Below, piece by piece: positions 58,616-64,000 of a stretch of 64,000 nt of DNA; within the stretch, counting starts at the first letter, position 1; the number at the start of each line of letters is the position of its first letter. Below the pieces are notes generated by a model. That model made no database searches and was not told where the DNA came from. It saw only the letters and a list, made by a program, of their open reading frames with translations. Origin of the DNA: Thermoplasmata archaeon (lineage in GTDB: Archaea; Thermoplasmatota; E2; DHVEG-1). Position numbers and translations under genes: made by a program. The stretch is from assembly GCA_020054495.1 (NCBI GenBank), contig JAHWGK010000001.1, positions 19,048 through 83,047 of the forward strand, in the 5' to 3' direction.

Positions 58616-59401
58616 TTATTTTTTATTTGATTTGAATAGGTCGTATGCTTCCTTTGGAGTGTATTTTTTGTGAACAACAGCATTTACTGCTTTGATCATA
58701 CTTACTGGATCGCTACTTTGAAAAATATTCCTACCCATATCTACTCCAATAGCTCCTGCCTGTATTGCATCATGTGCCATTTGTAATGCATCTTTTTCCG
58801 GAATCTTTTTGCCGCCTGCTATTACAATTGGGACAGGGCATGTTTCAACAATTTTTTCAAAATCTTTACAGAAATATGTTTTAACAATGCTTGCTCCTAA
58901 TTCTGCCGCCATTCTTGAGGCTAGCGATAAGTATCGCGCATCTTTGCCGAGTCCCTTACCAACCGCAGTAACCGCAAGTACTGGAATGCCGTAACGATTC
59001 GCTTCATCAATAACCTGTGTGAATGCAAGTAAAGTATCTCTTTCAAAAGGTTGACCTACAAGTATTGAAAAAGCAACAGCAGAAACATTGAGTCGAATAG
59101 CATCCTCCAATGATACAACAATGCCTTCGTGAAGTAGATTTGTCTCATTGAGAATGCTAGTACCCCCAGATACCCTCAAACAAACAGGAATGTCTGTTTC
59201 AGGTGGAATATAGTTCCTCAACCCGCCTCTTGTTGGCATAATTACATCAGCATATGGAAGAAGTGGCTTAACCATTTCATCAAGTTTTTCTAGACCTGTT
59301 GTCGGGCCCATAAAGTATCCATGGTCCACTGCAAGCATAACTGTACGTCCATCTTTTGGTTTAATTATTTTTGAAAGTCGATTTTTCATTCCCCAATCCA
59401 T
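58616..59401 (-). CDS. lsrF: LsrF-like class I aldolase/thiolase
   Basis: MDWGMKNRL, LAVDHGYFMGPT, AAELGA..VKTY, IAGGKK, GVDMGRNIFQ. Confidence 0.85.
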   Translation of the reverse strand: MDWGMKNRLSKIIKPKDGRTVMLAVDHGYFMGPTTGLEKLDEMVKPLLPYADVIMPTRGGLRNYIPPETDIPVCLRVSGGTSILNETNLLHEGIVVSLEDAIRLNVSAVAFSILVGQPFERDTLLAFTQVIDEANRYGIPVLAVTAVGKGLGKDARYLSLASRMAAELGASIVKTYFCKDFEKIVETCPVPIVIAGGKKIPEKDALQMAHDAIQAGAIGVDMGRNIFQSSDPVSMIKAVNAVVHKKYTPKEAYDLFKSNKK

Positions 59402-59527
59402 AAATAAATCGCCTCCGGCTTTTCTAGGATAATAAGCAATGCTTATATAAGTTATTTCTAAAGAATGTGGCAAATATTTTAATTAGATGTTGTATTACCT
59501 ATTTTGTATTATAGGGAGGCATAAAAT

Positions 59528-60976
59528 ATGTCAGTTATTGAAAATTTTGAACCAAAACTGGTATGGAAACATTTTGATGAAATAAGAAAAATACCTCATT
59601 GTTCTAAACATGAGGAAAAAATAAGAGAATATATTCTTAATTTTGCAAAAAATAGTAATATAAAATCAAAAACTGATAAATCAGGTAATGTTGTCCTTTC
59701 AAAACCTGCAAGCTCAGGAATGGAAAGTATACCTACTGTTATACTGCAGGGTCATATGGATATGGTTTGTGAAAAAAACAGTGATGTGACCCATGATTTT
59801 TTAAAAGACCCGATAAAACTCAAACTAGAAGGAGACATTCTTACAGCTGATGGCACAACTCTTGGAGCAGATAACGGTATCGGCCTTGCAATTAGCCTAG
59901 CAATACTAGAGGATAACACATTGAAACATGGACCCATTGAAGCATTATTTACTGTCGATGAGGAAACAGGACTTACTGGTGCTTTTGCAATGGAATCAAA
60001 CATGTTAACTGGAAAAATATTGTTAAATCTCGATAGTGAGGATTTTGGTGTTATAACCGTTGGATGTGCGGGTGGAGGAGATTCACAGATACAGCTTCCA
60101 TTAAAAACCCAACCAATAAATGGAACCATGGAAAGTGTTACAATTAAAGTCTCAGGATTGCGTGGTGGACACTCAGGAGTAGATATCCGTGAACAACGAG
60201 GTAATGCTGTTAAACTTTTGACACGTATGCTTTGGAAAGCTAAAGATAATCACAAGTTCTATATAACAGATATAAAAGGAGGGGATAAACACAATGCTAT
60301 TCCGCGAGAGGCATATGCAAAAATCTCTATTGATAAATCAGAAAAAAACAAATTTATCTCCATTCTTAAGTCAGAAGAAAAAAACATACTTCAGGAAATT
60401 AAACCAATTGATCCGAAATTTAAATTAGAAGTAGAAGACATTGAAAAACTTCATACAACATTATCTGATGACTCACAAAGTAAACTATTGAACCTATTAC
60501 ATGGTCTTCCTCATGGTGTAGATAAAATGAGCTATGACATACCAGATCTTGTGGAAACATCAACAAATCTTGCAACAATTGCAATTAACGAAAATGATGC
60601 AGTAATAGGCTTAAGTACAAGAAGCTCGATAAAAACTTCTTTGCAAGATTTCCGTGACCGTATAAGTGCAGTTGCAGCACTTTCAGGAGCAAAAGTAACT
60701 GAGGACGCACCGTATCCTGGATGGAAACCAAATCTTGATTCAAATATACTTAAATTATCTAAGAAAATCTTCAAAGACATTTACGGCAAGGAACCAACCG
60801 TTGAAGCAATACATGCTGGACTTGAATGTGGAATCATTGGAGAGAAATTCCCAGGTATGGACATGATATCCATTGGACCCACCATTAAATACCCACACTC
60901 ACCAGAAGAACAAGTACACGTCAGCACAGTTGAAAAATTCTACAGATACGTGTTAAAATTATTAGAAAACGTATAA
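59528..60976 (+). CDS. pepD: Aminoacyl-histidine dipeptidase (M20C)
   Basis: LQGHMDMVCEK, TLGADNG, DEETG, NLDSE, GGHSG, IHAGLECG, HSPEE. Confidence 0.95.
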   Translation: MSVIENFEPKLVWKHFDEIRKIPHCSKHEEKIREYILNFAKNSNIKSKTDKSGNVVLSKPASSGMESIPTVILQGHMDMVCEKNSDVTHDFLKDPIKLKLEGDILTADGTTLGADNGIGLAISLAILEDNTLKHGPIEALFTVDEETGLTGAFAMESNMLTGKILLNLDSEDFGVITVGCAGGGDSQIQLPLKTQPINGTMESVTIKVSGLRGGHSGVDIREQRGNAVKLLTRMLWKAKDNHKFYITDIKGGDKHNAIPREAYAKISIDKSEKNKFISILKSEEKNILQEIKPIDPKFKLEVEDIEKLHTTLSDDSQSKLLNLLHGLPHGVDKMSYDIPDLVETSTNLATIAINENDAVIGLSTRSSIKTSLQDFRDRISAVAALSGAKVTEDAPYPGWKPNLDSNILKLSKKIFKDIYGKEPTVEAIHAGLECGIIGEKFPGMDMISIGPTIKYPHSPEEQVHVSTVEKFYRYVLKLLENV

Positions 60977-60979
60977 TAG

Positions 60980-61026
60980 GAAAAGAAAAAAAATCTTTTC
61001 TTATTCAATTTTTCTATTATTTTTTG
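60980..61026 (+). terminator. Possible terminator after pepD
   Basis: GAAAAGA-N7-TCTTTTC hairpin followed by T-rich tracts. Confidence 0.3.
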
Positions 61027-61208
61027 GCAAGGGTTGTCAAAAATGCATCATAAATTTATTTTATAAGGATGAGTTTTGATTATAAACAAATATATATAAT
61101 ATAAAAAACAAATAATAATTAGACGAATAAAATAAGATGATTATATGTGTTTTGATGCATCTTAGGTATTAACACCTAAAAAATTATTAATAGGTAGATG
61201 CAGTAGAA

Positions 61209-61865
61209 ATGTTATCAAAAAAGGATGTTTTATCTCTAGAAAAAAGAAGGAAAATTTATCATTTTATTTTAAAATATCCTGGTTTACACATACGTGAGCT
61301 TTCAAGAGATTTGAATATTTCATTTAGTACCTTGAATCATCATCTTAACTATCTTAAAAAACAAGGTTTACTACTTGCAAAATCTGATGGTAGATATACT
61401 CGTTATTATGTTACAGGAAAGGTAGGTTCAACAGATAAAAAATTGCTGAATCTAATGAGACATACGGTCCCTCGGAACATTATCTTATTATTGTTGATAT
61501 ACCCGTTAAGGAATTTTTCTCAAATAGAGATTGTAAGATTTGCTAAAACTTGGAAGAAGCATTGGACGAAAATAGGATTCCATTTAAACAAACATCCGAC
61601 TACTATATCCTATCATCTAGACAAACTATTGAAAATGAATATCATTGAAAGTTACTCAAGTGGCAATGAAATTAGATGCAAGTTAAAAGATATAGTTGTC
61701 ATCTATAGTTTTCTAATTACCTATGAAAAAAGTTTTTCTGGTCCAGTTATTAGCTCTGTTTTAAAATGGATGTCGGAATGGGCAGATGAGAAATATGATA
61801 AGGACAGTATGAATGACTTTCTTGAATACTTATATGAAATATTTCCGCATCCATATCATGTCTGA
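61209..61865 (+). CDS. Double winged-helix transcriptional regulator (ArsR/HTH_24-like, archaeal)
   Basis: RRKIYHFILKYPGLHIRELSR...STLNHHLNYL; second HTH TTISYHLDKL; C-terminal FPHPYHV. Confidence 0.8.
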   Translation: MLSKKDVLSLEKRRKIYHFILKYPGLHIRELSRDLNISFSTLNHHLNYLKKQGLLLAKSDGRYTRYYVTGKVGSTDKKLLNLMRHTVPRNIILLLLIYPLRNFSQIEIVRFAKTWKKHWTKIGFHLNKHPTTISYHLDKLLKMNIIESYSSGNEIRCKLKDIVVIYSFLITYEKSFSGPVISSVLKWMSEWADEKYDKDSMNDFLEYLYEIFPHPYHV

Positions 61866-61984
61866 TTTTTTATTAACTTCTTTTTTAAATCCTAGAATAT
61901 AATTTGGTTGCAGGATTTTTGCTCTAAAAAGTTTATGTATAATTAAAAGAGATTGTTAATATAATAATTGAAGGGATTACGAAA

Positions 61985-63748
61985 ATGAAAAATAGACTGT
62001 TAGGAAAAAGTATAGCCTTATCTACAATCCTCTTATTTTTAGGGACAAGTATTGTTCCAGGTATACATGGAACTAATGAAGAAGTAAATTCTGTAAATTA
62101 TGAATCCAGTGGGCAAAAACTAGGCTCAATAATAAATGATAGTGTTCTAGACTTGCAATACATCTACAACTTAACAGAGAATCTTAGCAATATAATTTTT
62201 ACAGAATATGATGAATCAACAGGAGAGATAGCGAAAGGAAGAGCTTTTGGGACTAAGGGAGAGCACAAGGCAGCAGAGATACTATATGAAAATATGACAA
62301 AGCTTGGACTTTACACTTGGAAAGAACCTATTGAAAATATCCCAGAGTATCCATATGTAGCTAGTAACATTGAGATATCAGAAAGAAGTTTAACAGTTAT
62401 AAATAAAATTACCCACTCAGTAAAACCTGTTACTGATTATTATATATCTCCAAGGGGAAACTTAACATATTTTAATATTTATTTAGATGAACTAAAAGGT
62501 AAAAAACCATTACTTGGATCTATTTTAACTAAATTAATTACTTCGTTAATTATCCCTATTAAGGGAAGTTTTGACCGGAAATATAATCTCTATGATTTTG
62601 ACCGTTTGACTCACAATTTTTCATATAAAAGTTTAAAAGTCATAAGAGTTCCATCAAATTATTCATTAGCAATGGATCTCGTTCGCTATATCAAAAATGA
62701 TGATCCATTTGTTTTTATTCAACGGGATCATGGATTTAGTACTTGGCCTTCAGGTGAAAAGACCGATTTTAAGGGATTTTTATATAAAACAATTTTTAAA
62801 ATCATGGAGGTTTTTCATGGCCCTACTGAGCCACTTATATGGACTTTATTTCACCCCAATTGTAAGGGAATAATAAAGGTTGATTCAAACAACGATACCT
62901 ATAATATGGGACCTAGTTATGCTTTTCTTCCGGTTATAAAGGTAAATAGAACAATTGGAGAAGAAATATACAATAATCCTGAAAATTATAGCATTGATTT
63001 TTTTATCAATCAAAGGTGGAATCAGTCTGTAGAAAGCTATAATGTTATCGGACAACTTAATGGGACCAATCCAGATGAAACAATCATTGTTTGTTCTCTG
63101 TATGATAGCTGGTGGTGCCAGGGTACAGGAGATGCTGCTATTGCAATGTCGATGGTCCTTGGACTTGCTAAATACTTTAAGGATCACAATATCGTCCCAA
63201 GATGCAATGTGAAATTTATTGGTTTTTGTGGAGAGGAATATGGTCTAAGAGGAGCATATCATTATGAGGCGACTCATCGAAAAGAAAATATTTCATTTGT
63301 TATTGACTTAAACCAGCTTGGTTTTACTCCCTTAATACCTGAGAATCTTAAATTTCAGATCTGGACGAATAATAAAACGTTAAACGCGACCTTAGGAGAA
63401 TTTGCTGAAGAGACTAACTATACAAAAAGAACTGGAATAGGTTTTCAGATGAGATATAATTTTGATGCAGGACCGAGTAATGTTCATGCTTTTTGCTATA
63501 ATGTTACCCAAGGGAAAAGAATATGCAATACATTATTAATTTTAAAAACAGGATATGAAGTTCCAGGACCACAATGGCTCAATCATCATAGAGATGGTCT
63601 GAAACATACAGAGGGAGACGCTATCAAATATTTTAATTGGACTGATACAAGCATATCTGGTGAAATGATTTGGAATGTTACGGAATATTTCACTGTCGAT
63701 AATCCATTCAATATTCTAACGGATTACTTATATAAAAGACAATTTTAG
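61985..63748 (+). CDS. Secreted M28-family peptidase-like protein
   Basis: Signal peptide; GRAFGTKGE, NVIGQL, YDS..QGTGD, FCGEEYGLRG, HT.GD. Confidence 0.75.
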   Translation: MKNRLLGKSIALSTILLFLGTSIVPGIHGTNEEVNSVNYESSGQKLGSIINDSVLDLQYIYNLTENLSNIIFTEYDESTGEIAKGRAFGTKGEHKAAEILYENMTKLGLYTWKEPIENIPEYPYVASNIEISERSLTVINKITHSVKPVTDYYISPRGNLTYFNIYLDELKGKKPLLGSILTKLITSLIIPIKGSFDRKYNLYDFDRLTHNFSYKSLKVIRVPSNYSLAMDLVRYIKNDDPFVFIQRDHGFSTWPSGEKTDFKGFLYKTIFKIMEVFHGPTEPLIWTLFHPNCKGIIKVDSNNDTYNMGPSYAFLPVIKVNRTIGEEIYNNPENYSIDFFINQRWNQSVESYNVIGQLNGTNPDETIIVCSLYDSWWCQGTGDAAIAMSMVLGLAKYFKDHNIVPRCNVKFIGFCGEEYGLRGAYHYEATHRKENISFVIDLNQLGFTPLIPENLKFQIWTNNKTLNATLGEFAEETNYTKRTGIGFQMRYNFDAGPSNVHAFCYNVTQGKRICNTLLILKTGYEVPGPQWLNHHRDGLKHTEGDAIKYFNWTDTSISGEMIWNVTEYFTVDNPFNILTDYLYKRQF

Positions 63749-64000
63749 ATAAATACAGTCTAATTGTTCTAGAATATGATAAATTACAAAAATACTTTTT
63801 TAATTGTTTTTGGTATTAATTGTAAAGAAATATTTATTAGTAATTAACTCAAATAAATATCTTTAGAATGAATAAACTATGTTTTAGATTTAAAATAAAA
63901 ATCTTCCTAATAGTTTTTTGTTTATTATTTAGTTCTATTGTTGTATCAGGTTTTAGATATGAGACTTTGATAATAAAAAAATCAGTTTATGAGTATTCTT

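Noticed and set aside
58616..59401. AI-2 quorum-sensing (lsr) system
   Set aside because: Only an LsrF-like gene is present; no lsrK, lsrG or transporter
448..63187. Numerous short antisense or nested ORFs in the track (e.g. 448-882, 9217-9735, 17678-18121, 43159-43623, 46176-46688, 59752-60129)
   Set aside because: They lie within well-supported genes, lack motifs and look like shadow ORFs

Overview
AT-rich archaeal DNA. Evidence: a DGGGP-synthase-like UbiA gene, an archaeal glmU-glmS-glmU block, GGTGA/GGAGG Shine-Dalgarno sites and BRE-TATA promoters. The secreted-protein style suggests Thermoplasmatota, possibly MBG-D/Thermoprofundales (inference). About 1-43 kb is one very large surface-glycan locus. 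It holds (i) a complete pseudaminic acid pathway (pseB,C,F,G,I,H) with an inserted amidotransferase/HisH/HisF trio; (ii) a transaldolase, HldE-like, GmhB, SDR, DegT, Gfo/Idh/MocA and Cys-less UDP-glucose-dehydrogenase-like module (plus GmhA) whose family content mirrors the lincosamide NDP-amino-octose pathway; (iii) a second ulosonic-acid module led by a NeuB that carries an unannotated N-terminal ribbon-helix-helix domain and a CTG start; and (iv) methyl-, sulfo- and glycosyltransferases, a flippase and UDP-GlcNAc supply genes. 43-49 kb is a PAPS/sulfation operon (RHH regulator, sat, DHH, cysC, sulfotransferase, SLC13 transporter, USP). 49-64 kb holds housekeeping and peptidase genes, a gene remnant and a candidate hairpin sRNA with an anti-Shine-Dalgarno-like loop. 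No tRNA, rRNA, CRISPR array or transposase was recognised. All calls come from reading motifs by eye; no searches were run.
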